A stretch of DNA of 63,484 bases, filler included, from Octopus bimaculoides (taxonomy: Eukaryota), in the NCBI RefSeq assembly GCF_001194135.2. It is 9 parts of 9 records of this genome, joined end to end, with 100 filler letters (N's around TTAATTAATTAA, not from the genome) between each part and the next. Parts side by side here need not be neighbours in the genome. Positions count along the whole stretch, not along the records: positions 62,373 to 63,484 come from NW_026296587.1; 8 more parts are not named here. The stretch is one strand, 5' to 3'. Shown here piece after piece: positions 63,190-63,484 of the stretch. Each line of letters starts with the position of its first letter. The first letter of the stretch is position 1. The notes under the pieces are model-generated. The model was not told the origin of the DNA. It worked only from the letters and a program-made list of their open reading frames with translations, and ran no database searches. A program made the translations under genes and the position numbers.

Positions 63190-63484
63190 CACAGAGTGTG
63201 ACAAGGCTGGCCCTTTGAGTTACAGGTAAGAATTATTTTTGCCAACTGAGTGCAGTGGAGCAATGAGAAGTAAAGTATCTTGCTCAAGGACACAATGTGC
63301 CATCAGGAATTGAATCCGAAACCTTAATGATTGTGAGCCAAATACCATAACCGCTAAGCTACCACCTGTGCCAGTGGAGCACTAAGAGCACCATCCGAGC
63401 ATGATCGCTGCCGGAGCAGCTAACTGGCTTCCATGCCGGTGGCATGTAAAAAGCACCATTCGAATGTGTTCGTTACCAGCGTTG
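63190..63484. mobile_element. SINE family C fragment (-) abutting an RTE 3'-UTR fragment (+)
   Basis: gacacagagtgtgacaaggctggccctttga matches 19660-19690; 63360 onward is the reverse complement of motifs at 18380-18640. Confidence 0.55.

Overview
AT-rich, repeat-dense eukaryotic genomic DNA from a gapped draft scaffold. The SINE, RTE and microsatellite landscape suggests a cephalopod (octopus-like); this is inference, not a database match. Four spliced host genes are partly visible: the last two exons of ASNA1/GET3 (+), the last three coding exons of an NQO1/NQO2-family quinone reductase (-), one TM6-TM7 exon of a class B (calcitonin-receptor-like) GPCR (+), and two exons of a GH18 chitinase (-). 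The rest is mostly decayed mobile DNA: at least three tRNA-derived SINE families, RTE-like, R4-like, L1/Tx1-like and Penelope-like retroelements, Ty3/gypsy pieces, and mariner, Tc1, IS630-like and hAT transposons with MITEs. There are also microsatellites and a 16-bp minisatellite. No CRISPR array, operon or prokaryotic system is present, and I cannot support a wholly new biological system. The best second-look items are: (1) a near-canonical minimal type I hammerhead ribozyme at 14861-14903 (-), with degenerate relatives elsewhere; (2) a non-L1 LINE with a twin-priming-type 5' inversion joined through 12-nt microhomology; (3) a sharp mosaic of CpG decay readable from copies of one SINE family; (4) a SINE flanked by 67-bp identical direct repeats; (5) repeated SINE insertion at one target; (6) an NQO with NQO2-like active-site residues and an NQO1-like C-terminal tail. 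Element boundaries are read by eye and approximate unless a TIR, TSD or splice site is cited.
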